Assembly (NCBI GenBank): GCA_002269645.1
Contig: NIVC01000031.1
Coordinates: 186,001 to 250,000 of the forward strand
From: Macrostomum lignano
Taxonomy: Eukaryota
Direction of reading: 5' to 3'
Length of the DNA: 64,000 bases
The notes under the pieces were generated by a model. The model saw only the letters and a list, made by a program, of their open reading frames with translations, made no database searches and was not told the origin of the DNA. The translations under genes and the position numbers were made by a program. This document shows, piece after piece, positions 12,546-24,500 of the stretch (position 1 is the stretch's first letter; each line of letters starts with the position of its first letter).

Positions 12546-15500
12546 TGAAGGCAGACAGACAGACAGACATGAAGGCAGACACCAAGACAGAGACTCATGT
12601 TAGTCTTTGTTGCTGATCAGTTGATAAGTAGTCGAGACAAAACGCATGCTTTTATCCATAAAATTTCCTATTATTAATATTTTATTGCAAGCGTTAAGCA
12701 CGAAATCATTATTAATACTTGTAATTTTAGTTTTTAAAGTACGTTACATAATATCTCTATTGAACGGAACTGCACGCCCAATACAGCATTCGGGTAGTTT
12801 TCAATTTAACGTTTTTTTCTTTTTTAGATAACGCTTACAACGAGCGTCTATACTACTCACGATATCTGACAGCAAACTATCTGGAATTGCATCCTGAAAT
12901 TATTTGAAAATGACAAATATTTTTATTCATAGTCGAGGAACTCTTGTGATTTTGAATAATTTTAGAGAATTCTTAATGGTTAAAACGAAAAGGTTGACAG
13001 AAAATTTTATGGAATAGTCCTGTGCGATTTCTGTGGCACTATAGTCTAGGGAAATTTCTATGGAATAATCTAGGGCGATGTTTATGCAAGAGTTTAGGGC
13101 GATGTTTATTAAAGTCTAAGGCAATGTTTATGGAATAGTCTAGGGCGATGTTTATGGAATAGTCTAGGGCGATTTCAGTGGAATAGTCTATGGCAAATGT
13201 AAAGTACAGTTTAGAGCGACTTCATCGTCAGAAACTCAACGAACATTCTATTGCAATATATTTATCATTAGTACCGCAATTTACGTTTGATAGGACTGAA
13301 TTTTGATGAAGCTGCTTTACCAAGAAAGACAATATGAGTTGTAGCAGCTCACTTTAACGCTAGTTGATGGCGTCGTCATGCCAGGCGAAAAGTCCAACGG
13401 TTTGGCGGGCGGCCGCTCTTCCGACTTCGGCGGCGCAGATGGCTCCGACGGAGGCTCTTCGGGCTCCGAGGCTGCTGCGGCGGCGGCGGCGGCAACTGCA
13501 GCGGCTGCAGCAGCGGCAGCGGCAGCAGCAGCGGCGGCCTCGGCTCGCTGGCGTCTTCGCTCGGCAGCTCGGCTAAGCGCCGGATTCGAACTCTTGACAT
13601 CATCGTCGTTGCTGACTTCCTCAACGGCTGGTGGCGGCGGAGGCAGCTCCTCTAGCGGCGGCGTCAGCTGCTTGACTGTTGCCGGTGATGCCGTTGGGAC
13701 ACCGCGCTGTCGAGGAGACGCAGGCGGGCGGGAAGCTGCGGCATTTTCCTCAGTCGGCGTGGAGGCGGCGGCGGTTGCGGTTGGCGGGTCAGCCGTGGGC
13801 TTGGGCAAGGACTCCGGGTGCTTTTCAATCTCGGAGCTCTTGCTAGTGAGGTCGTGCCGCTCCGACTGCGTGACGCGAGTGACGGAACTCCTATGGTGGA
13901 TGGGATAATATAGAAGTGGGATTCTTGTCTGGCTTCATTGTCGTTCAAGAGTCTGCAAAAACATGCCAATTTATTGACTATTAAAACGTACGTTATTGAC
14001 TATGGAAAATTATAGAATTCCTGGAGAAGTAAAGGAGAAGCGGGGTTGTGGCCCAGTGGTTAGAGCGTTGGACTCGCGACTGAAAGGTCGGGGGTTCGAT
14101 TCCTGATCCCAGTGGAACAATTTTGTGACCTTGAGCAAGACACTTGACTCTGCATTGTTTCAGTTCACCCAGCTGTAAAATGGACGCCAGCATAGCTGGG
14201 GTAATTGAGGGTGTTTGTGGCGACCCCCCAGTCCTTGGACTGAACAGCCGTACGCAGCTTTCAGATGCGCCGCGCAATAGCTGCGGCTGAGCTGTCGGTT
14301 GCATATCTACCCATTAGGGCAGGTTTAATCTATCTAATCTAAATATACTAAATCTCTAATGTTTGTATGCTTGAATGAATGTCCATAACGCTCTAGAGAC
14401 TGCAATTCTTCACCGATTTTGATCGTGTTTTCGCCAAAAGATTCAAAATTGTCTGGAAAGAAGACAGTTAAATCATTTACTATTAATATTATATTCTTGA
14501 ATAAGTTAAAGAAATAAAAATTTACTAATACTACTACTAGAAAAGTTGAAGTAGTCAGTATAGAATTTCGGTCAAAAGAAAGCGGATGTAAAATACTTGT
14601 TCGTTACACCCGAGATACACTGCGCAGTACCGGCCCCGCTGCGGCATATCCGCTATTAAATCTTGGGGCTATTTATAGACTATACACATCCGCATTAACT
14701 TTCTTAGTTCATAGTTGTTCGTCCCATGTTTTTCTTTCGATATTCTATCCATCAGCTGGGATGGCAAGGAAAAGAAGAAACCATTTTTGCAAAGGATCGG
14801 TCAACGAGTGCGCGTATGTACCCGCGTACAGACAAATGTACGGCTCGTGCACACAGGAGTTCGGTGAGAAAGGGCGAGACGAAGGACTGGCGCTTCTGGC
14901 CGAATCGAAGAAGGGAGACGCACATGGGAACGAACGGATCGAATAAAGGATTGGGGGTGGTAAGTTCGTTTTTAACTTAGCAAGAGAGACAGGGAGGCTA
15001 CGAGGCAGGGCGGATGGAAGGAAGGAGGTGCACGTAGGTGGATAAAGAAGGGCAGATCCAGCCCGGGGCTTCTGGGGCAGGGCAGGGACCATTTTCGGCT
15101 GACGGATTTTGTGACGTAAGCAAACTTTCTGGTACAGTGGAGAGGGGAATTCTTACTGCAGGCGGGCAGGTCTTGTACGACTTCTGTGCAACTATATTGA
15201 TCCTAAAAATTGGATAGCCCACCTCACCATCCTTTCTGCCTTTAGTTTCCAGTATGCGCTGCTGCTATGCCACGGGGTCGGCAAACCTTTTTTACTTCAG
15301 CGGCACAGATAGAGAATCTAGCCCATGACTGCGGGCCACGAGACAGAGGGGAGCAAAAAAGAGGAGAAGAGGGAAGGGAGAAGAGGAGAGAAGAGGGAAG
15401 GGAAACTAGGAGAGGAGAGGAGTGAGAGAAAGGGAGAGAAAAACAAAGAGAAGATGAGAGAGCATAGGCTAGAAGATAAGAGAGGAGAGATGAGAGAAGT

Positions 15501-18500
15501 GACAGGAGAAGAGAAGGGAGGAGAAAGAAGAGGTGAGGTGAGAGAAGAGGAGATGAGGGGAGAGAGAAGAGGAGAGAGAAGAGAGGAGATGAGAGGAGAG
15601 GAGAGAGATGAGAGGAGAGGAGAGAGAAGAGAAGAGAGAAGAGAAGAGAGAAGAGAAGAGAGGAAGGAGAGGAGAGAGAAGAGAAGAGAGGAGAGAGAAG
15701 AGAAGAGAGGAGAGAGAAGAGAAGAGAAGAGAGGAGAGAGAAGAGAAGAGAGGAGAGTAGAGAGAAGAAAAGAGAGGAGAGTAGAGAGAAGAGCGGAGAG
15801 AAGAGGAGAGAGAAGAGAAGAGAAGAGAGGAGAGAGAAGAGAAGAGAGGAGAGTAGAGAGAAGAGAAGAGAGTAGAGTAGAGAGAAGAGCGGAGAGAAGT
15901 GGAGAGAGAAGAGAAGAGAGGAAGGAGAGAGAAGAGCGGAGCGGAGAGGAGAGGAGAGAGAAGAGAAGAGAGGAGAGGAGATAGAAGAGCGGAGAGGAGA
16001 GAGAAGAGGAGAGCTGAGAAGACAACCCCGAGCGGCCGGACGTCAATTTGTTCAGTTGCAAAGGACCCAAAGGGCCGAAGAGAGAGGCATAGCGGTCCGC
16101 AGCTGGCACACGAGCCAGACTTTGCCAACCCCTGTTGCACGCAGCCAGTTGCAGAAATATTCACTTCAACCCAGCGCTTTTCTGCCTGCCCGCTTGCTTT
16201 GGTCTTGGCAAAATGGGATACAGCTACTTCACCTGAAGAAAAGGAACCCCGTGCGTTAATACCGCGGGTTTCCTATCTAGCTATAAATACTTTAGAATAT
16301 CTTTAATTAAATAGTAGAAGTTCGGTCCGACAAAATGCAAGTGGATGTAAATGAACACATATCCGTCAGCAATATTTATAGTCATAAAATTAGCATTACA
16401 TTTTGCGCATAATCCGTTTTTAAAAGTCCTTAATCCTTGGGCGGGTCTGTAGATTTGAAATTTTATCTGTTTATCTTTTTACTTGCTTTGACTATTAATA
16501 CTTTTGAATCCTTTCTTTCCTGTCTGCATCTCACCATGTCTGCCTCTCACCATGTCTGCATCTCACCATGTCTGCATCTCACCATGTCTGCATCTCACCC
16601 TGTCTCCATCTCACCATGTCTGCATCTCACCCTGTCTCCATCTCACCCTGTCTGCATCTCACCTTGTCTCCATCTCACCCTGTCTACATCTCACCCTGTC
16701 TCCATCTCACCCTGTCTCCATCTCACCCTGTCTCCATCTCACCATGTCTGCATCTCATTATGTCTCCATCTCACCCTGTCTCCATCTCACCCTGTCTACA
16801 TCTCACCCTGCCTGCATCTCACCATGTCTCCATCTCACCCTGTCTGAATCTCACCCTGTCTGAATCTCACCCTGTCTGCATCTCACCCTGTCTGCATCTC
16901 ACCCTGTCTCCATCTCACCATATCTGAATCTCATTATGTCTCCATCTCACCATGTCTGCATCTCATTATGTCTCCATCTCACCATGTCTCCATCTCACCA
17001 TGTCTCCATCTCACCCTGTCTGCATCTCACACTATCTCAATCTCACACTATCTCAATCTCACACTATCTCAATCTCACACTATCTCAATCTCACACTATC
17101 TCAATCTCACACTATCTCAATCTCACACTATCTCAATCTCACACTATCTCAATCTCACACTATCTCAATCTCACACTATCTCAATCTCACACTATCTCAA
17201 TCTCACACTATCTCAATCTCACACTATCTCAATCTCACACTATCTCCATCTCACCCTGTCTGCATCTCACACTATCTCCATCTCACCCTGTCTGCATCTC
17301 ACACTATCTCAATCTCACACTATCTCAATACCACACTATCTCAATCTCACACTATCTCAATCTCACACTATCTCCATCTCACACTATCTCAATCTCACAC
17401 TATCTCAATCTCACACTATCTCAATCTCACACTATCTCAATCTCACACTATCTCAATCTCACACTATCTCAATACCACACTATCTCAATACCACACTATC
17501 TTAATATCACACTCTCAATCTAACCCTCTCCATCTCGCCCTATCTCCATCTCACCCTCTCCATCACAGCCTGTCTCCATCTCACCCTGTCTCCATCTAAC
17601 CCTCTCCATCTCACCCTGTCTCCATCTCACCCTCTCCATCACAGCCTGTCTCCATCTCACCCTGTCTCCATCTCATCCTGTCTCCATCTCTATCTCATAA
17701 CTTTATGTCTTCCTCGAACTGTCACGACATTTAAACATTTATCCGAAAGCACACACTCCAAACGTAATAAAAGAACATAAAAATTAACCGTACAAAAAAA
17801 CAATTGAAATTCTATGTTTGCAGGATAAAACAATTTCCAAGAAAACGTAAACTAACAATTTTGCAAACATTATTGGACTAGTTGAAGACTTTAATCCGTT
17901 CATTCTGTTAGCAACATTTTGTAGTGTTGCAATGGCCGCACTGATTCGGCAACTTGGACTGAAAACACGTGCAAAATCAAAATTATTAGTTAAAGTAAAC
18001 GAATACACGAGCGTATAAAATAAACAGTTCCTCGGTTAATGCTATGCTATTTATATATATGCAATATCTTCCATCGCTCCTCTCTCATCTTTTCTCTCTT
18101 GTCTCTTCTCTTCAATCTCTCCTCTCTTCTCTTCAACCTCTCCTCTCTTCTCTTCAACCTCTCTTCTCTTCTCTTCAATCTCTCCTCTCTTCTCTTCAAC
18201 CTCTCCTCTCTTCTCTTCAATCTCTCCTCTCTTCTCTTCTATTTAATCTCTAATCTCTTCTCTTAAATCTCTCCTCTCTTCTCTTCAATCTCTCCTCCCT
18301 TCTCTTCTATCTCTCCTCTCTTCTCTTCAATCTCTCCTCCCTTCTCTTCTATCTCTCCTCTCTTCTCTTCAACCTCTCCTCCCTTCTCTTCTATCTTTCC
18401 TCCCTTCTCTTCAATCTCTCCTCTCTTCCCTTCAATCTCTCCTCCCTTCTCTTCTATCTCTCCTCTCTTCTCTTCAACCTCTCCTCCCTTCTCTTCTATC

Positions 18501-21500
18501 TTTCCTCCCTTCTCTTCAATCTCTCCTCTCTTCCCTTCAATCTCTCCTCCCTTCTCTTCTATCTCTCCTCTCTTCTCTTCAATCTCTCCTCCTTTCTCTT
18601 CTATCTCTCCTCCCTTCTCTTCTATCTCTCCTCTCTTCTCTTCAATCTCTCCTCCCTTCTCTTCTATCTCTCCTCCCTTCTCTTCAATCTCTCCTCTCTT
18701 CTCTTCAATCTCTCCTCCCTTCTCTTCTATCTCTCCTCTCTTCTCTTCAATCTCTCCTCTCTTCTCTTCTATCTCTCCTCTCTTCTCTTCAATCTCTCTT
18801 CTCTTCTCTTCAACCTCTCCTCTCTTCTCTTCAATCTCTCTTCTCTTCTCTTCAACCTCTCCTCTCTTCTCTTCAATCTCTCCTCTCTTCTCTTCAATCT
18901 CTCTTCTCTTCTCTTCAACCTCTCCTCTCTTCTCTTCAATCTCTTTTCTCTTCTCTTCAACCTCTCCTCTCTTCTCTTCAATCTCTCTTCTCTTCTCTTC
19001 AATCTCTTTTCTCTTCTCTTCAATCTCTCTTCTCTTCTCTTCAACCTCTCCTCTCTTCTCTTCAATCTCTCTTCTCTTCTCTTCAATCTCTTTTCTCTTC
19101 TCTTCAATCTCTCATCTCTTCTCTTCAATCTCTCTTCTCTTCTCTTCAACCTCTCCTCTCTTCTCTTCAATCTCTCTTCTCTTCTCTTCAACCTCTCCTC
19201 TCTTCTCTTCAATCTCTCTTCTCTTCTCTTCAATCTCTCATCTCTTCTCTTCAATCTCTCTTCTCTTCTCTTCAATCTCTCATCTCTTCTCTTCAATCTC
19301 TTTTCTCTTCTCTTCAATCTCTCTTCTCTTCTCTTCAACCTCTCCTCTCTTCTCTTCAATCTCTCTTCTCTTCTCTTCAATCTCTCATCTCTTCTCTTCA
19401 ATCTCTCTTCTCTTCTCTTCAATCTCTCATCTCTTCTCTTCAATCTCTCTTCTCTTCTCTTCAACCTCTCCTCTCTTCTCTTCAATCTCTCTTCTCTTCT
19501 CTTCAACCTCTCCTCTCTTCTCTTCAATCTCTCCTCCCTTCTCTTCAACCTCTCCTCTCTTCTCTTCAAACTCTCCTCTCTTCTCTTCAATCTCTCCTCT
19601 CTTCTCTTCAACCTCTCCTCTCTTCTCTTCAACCTCTCCTCTCTTCTCTTCAATCTCTCCTCTCTTCTCTTCAATCTCTGCTCTCTTCTCTTCAATCTCT
19701 CTTCTCTTCTCTTCAATCTCTCCTCTCTTCTCTTCAATCTCTCTTCTCTTCTCTTCAATCTCTCCTCTCTACTCTTCAATCTCTCCTCTCTCCTCTCCCG
19801 TGACCCGCAGTGAGGCGTTAGATTCTCTATCTAGCTTTTGAAGTAAAAAGTTTTGCCGACCCTTGCCCTAAGCTGAAAAACACACAGAGGCTTGAAGTAG
19901 CTAAAAGACAGACTCAACCAGGGGGGCAACAAATAATTGAATTGCAACTGCGCCACACAATACGAGAAAGCCTGTTTGCATTTGCCAGCAAACGTCTTTA
20001 ACGTATGTTAAAGTTTCAGACTCGCATATGAGGTATATAAGATGATGCTATTTTTGTAAACAGTTCTGACAAACTTAAAGCAGAGAAGAATATTAGAAAA
20101 CAGAGTTCAGCTAAGTGTTTGTCAGTAAAAATAAGTTATATCTGCTAACGGAATAGAGCAGAAGCCTCTGAGCCCTGTCAACAGGTCATTGACAGGCCAT
20201 TGACACAAAAGCTAAGGTAAATGGGTTTTTATGGATGATAAACACAGTTTAGATTGGGGTTTTGTGGATGATAAACACAATTCAGATTGAGGTACAGATG
20301 GATGATAAACACAATTCAGATTCAGGTATAGATGGATGATAAACACAATTCAGATTGAGGTACAGATGGACGATAAACACAATTCAGATTGAGGTACAGA
20401 TGGATGATAAACACAATTCAGATTGAGGTACAGATGGATGATAAACACAAACCAGATTGGGATACAGATGGATGATAAACACAATTCAGATTGAGGTACA
20501 GATGGATGATAAACACAATTCAGATTGGGATACAGATGGATGATAAACACAATTCAGATTGAGGTACAGATGGATGATAAACACAATTCAGATTGAGGTA
20601 CAGATGGACGATAAACACAATTCAGATTGAGGTACAGATGGATGATAAACACAATTCAGATTGAGGTACAGATGGATGATAAACACAAACCAGATTGGGA
20701 TACAGATGGATGATAAACACAATTCAGATTGAGGTACAGATGGATGATAAACACAATTCAGATTGAGGTACAGATGGACGATAAACACAATTCAGATTGA
20801 GGTACAGATGGATGATAAACACAATTTAGATTGGGGTACAGATGGATGATAAACACAATTCAGATTGAGGTACAGATGGATGATAAACACAATTTAGATT
20901 GAAGTACAGATGAATGATAAACACAATTCAGATTGGGATATAGATGGATGATAAACACAATTCAGATTGGGATATAGATGGACGATAAACACAATTCAGA
21001 TTGAGGTACAGATGGATGATAAACACAATTCAGATTGAGGTACAGATGGATGATAAACACAATTCAGATTGAGGTACAGATGGATGATAAACACAATTCA
21101 GATTGGGATATAGATGGACGATAAACACAATTCAGATTGAGGTACAGATGGACGATAAACACAATTCAGATTGAGGTACAGATGGATGATAAACACAATT
21201 CAGATTGGGATATAGATGGACGATAAACACAATTCAGATTGAGGTACAGATGGACGATAAACACAATTCAGATTGAGGTACAGATGGATGATAAACACAA
21301 TTTAGATTGGGGTACAGATGGATGATAAACACAATTCAGATTGAGGTACAGATGGATGATAAACACAATTTAGATTGAAGTACAGATGAATGATAAACAC
21401 AATTCAGATTGGGATATAGATGGATGATAAACACAATTCAGATTGGGATATAGATGGACGATAAACACAATTCAGATTGAGGTACAGATGGATGATAAAC

Positions 21501-24500
21501 ACAATTCAGATTGAGGTACAGATGGATGATAAACACAATTCAGATTGAGGTACAGATGGATGATAAACACAATTCAGATTGGGATATAGATGGACGATAA
21601 ACACAATTCAGATTGAGGTACAGATGGACGATAAACACAATTCAGATTGAGGTACAGATGGATGATAAACACAATTCAGATTGGGATATAGATGGACGAT
21701 AAACACAATTCAGATTGAGGTACAGATGGACGATAAACACAATTCAGATTGAGGTACAGATGGATGATAAACACAATTTAGATTGGGGTACAGATGGATG
21801 ATAAACACAATTCAGATTGAGGTACAGATGGATGATAAACACAATTTAGATTGAAGTACAGATGAATGATAAACACAATTCAGATTGGGATATAGATGGA
21901 TGATAAACACAATTCAGATTGGGATATAGATGGACGATAAACACAATTCAGATTGAGGTACAGATGGATGATAAACACAATTCAGATTGAGGTACAGATG
22001 GATGATAAACACAATTCAGATTGAGGTACAGATGGACGATAAACACAATTCAGATTGAGGTACAGATGGATGATAAACACAATTCAGATTGAGGTACAGA
22101 TGGACGATAAACACAATTTAGATTTGGGTACAGATGGATGATAAACACAATTTAGATTGGGGTACAGACGGGTGATAAATAAGATTGACGTATAGATGGA
22201 TAGTAAACACAAATCCGATTGAGGCACATTGTTAGCAAACGAAAATAAACTAAGATTAAAATAAAAAAACTATTTAAACGCAATTAATAAAAGGTGGCAA
22301 AAGTACAAGCGAACAAATTCAGAGACTCACCGCCTTGAAGTGTAAGGCTTGGATCCATCATCTTCTTTCATACTAGTAATGATTGGTTGCTTGCCAGACT
22401 CCTTCATTAGCTACAAAAATTAATTTAGTTAAACAGTTTACATTATATTAAGTATGATTTCTTTGAACTTATTATTCATTTCATACACGGCCATCTTACT
22501 GACCTCTTTTTGTTTCGCTTGAAGCTCTTTAAGAAGGCTGTGCAGTTCTTCTTCGGCGATATCAAAAACTGTTTGATTCTGAAATAGGGAAGGTTAGTTG
22601 AATAGAGTTGTTGATGAGGTGCTAAGGCTCATGGGGATGGTGCTGAGATGCCGAGGATCAAAGGGGTGCTGATATCTTAAGCTAGATAGATAGCTCTCAG
22701 GACTGATGCTTTTTCGATTGGAGCGTCACTGAATCTGTATTGGAAAGTCACTGAATCTGTATTGGAAAGTCACTGAATCTGAATTGGAAAGTCACTGAAT
22801 CTGAATTGGAAAGTCACTGAATCTGAATTGGAAAGTCACTGAATCTGGATTGGATAGTCACTGAATCTGGATTGGAAAGTCACTAAATCTGAATTGGAAA
22901 GTCACTGAATCTGGATTGGATAGTCACTGAATCTGGATTGGAAAGTCACTGAATCTGGATTGGAAAGTCACTGAATCTGGATTGGATAGTCACTGAATCT
23001 GGATTGGAAAGTTACTGAATCTGGATTGGATAGTCACTGAATCTGGATTGGAAAGTCACTGAATCTGGATTGGATAGTCACTGAATCTGGATTGGAAAGT
23101 CACTGAATCTGGATTGGAAAGTCACTGAATCTTGATTGGAAAGTCACTGAATCTTGATTGGAAAGTCACTGAATCTTGATTGGAAAGTCACTGAATCTGA
23201 ATTGAAAAGTCACTGAATCTGGATTGGAAAGTCACTGAATCTGGATTGAAAAGTCACTGAATCTGGATTGAAAAGTCACTGAATCTTGATTGGAAAGTCA
23301 CTGAATCTGAATTGGAAAGTCACTGAATCTGAATTGGAAAGTCACGGAATCTTGATTGGAAAGTCACTGAATCTTGATTGGAAAGTCACTGAATCTTGAT
23401 TGGAAAGTCACTGAATCTGAATTGAAAAGTCACTGAATCTGGATTGGAAAGTCACTGAATCTGGATTGGAAAGTCACTGAATCTGGATTGGAAAGTCACT
23501 GAATCTGGATTGGATAGTCACTGAATCTGGATTGGAAAGTTACTGAATCTGGATTGGATAGTCACTGAATCTGGATTGGAAAGTCACTGAATCTGGATTG
23601 GATAGTCACTGAATCTGGATTGGAAAGTCACTGAATCTGGATTGGAAAGTCACTGAATCTGGATTGGAAAGTCACTGAATCTTGATTGGAAAGTCACTGA
23701 ATCTTGATTGGAATGTCACTGAATCTGAATTGAAAAGTCACTGAATCTGGATTGGAAAGTCACTGAATCTGGATTGAAAAGTCACTGAATCTGGATTGAA
23801 AAGTCACTGAATCTTGATTGGAAAGTCACTGAATCTGAATTGGAAAGTCACTGAATCTGAATTGGAAAGTCACGGAATCTTGATTGGAAAGTCACTGAAT
23901 CTTGATTGGAAAGTCACTGAATCTGAATTGAAAAGTCACTGAATCTGGATTGGAAAGTCACTGAATCTGGATTGAAAAGTCACTGAATCTGGATTGAAAA
24001 GTCACTGAATCTTGATTGGAAAGTCACTGAATCTGAATTGGAAAGTCACTGAATCTGAATTGGAAAGTCACGGAATCTTGATTGGAAAGTCACTGAATCT
24101 TGATTGGAAAGTCACTGAATCTTGATTGGAAAGTCACTGAATCTGAATTGAAAAGTCACTGAATCTGGATTGGAAAGTCACTGAATCTGGATTGGAAAGT
24201 CACTGAATTTGGATTGGAAAGTCCCATTGCAAATTTTAATTTGCAATGGGAACAATAAAAAAACATTGATGAGCTGTCAAAATAATCCAAACTAAGAGCC
24301 TATAACGTTAGATTCAAGAAAATTTTAGAAAGGCAAAAAACATGGACAGAAAAGCCGTTAAAAATGCATTAAAGGTTGCTCCAATTAACGGACACGAAAT
24401 GTTGCGCGCAATTTGGCATGGGGATCAAGTCTGCACTGAGGCACTTCAACGCTTCAGTGTCGCAGTTTCAAACTATTCTTAGTCAATAAATAGATAGACA

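Noticed and set aside
14041-14112. tRNA gene
   Set aside because: The A/B boxes run into a conserved SINE body and tail present in four copies, so this is a SINE head.
15228-15264. Cassette exon candidate (SSAYWKLKAERM) in intron 5
   Set aside because: It is 37 nt and would shift phase from 2 to 0. Exon 5 joins exon 6 directly to give the family motif RRSSVTR.
15318-19779. Long REERR/LSSLL/REERLKR ORFs, and the 950-990-aa ORFs at 38376-41354
   Set aside because: These are translations of purine/pyrimidine-only satellites, open in several frames at once.
20225-24222. CRISPR-like appearance of the 34-bp, 22-bp and 36-bp arrays
   Set aside because: Units are head-to-tail with no unique spacers, there are no cas genes, and the context is eukaryotic introns.
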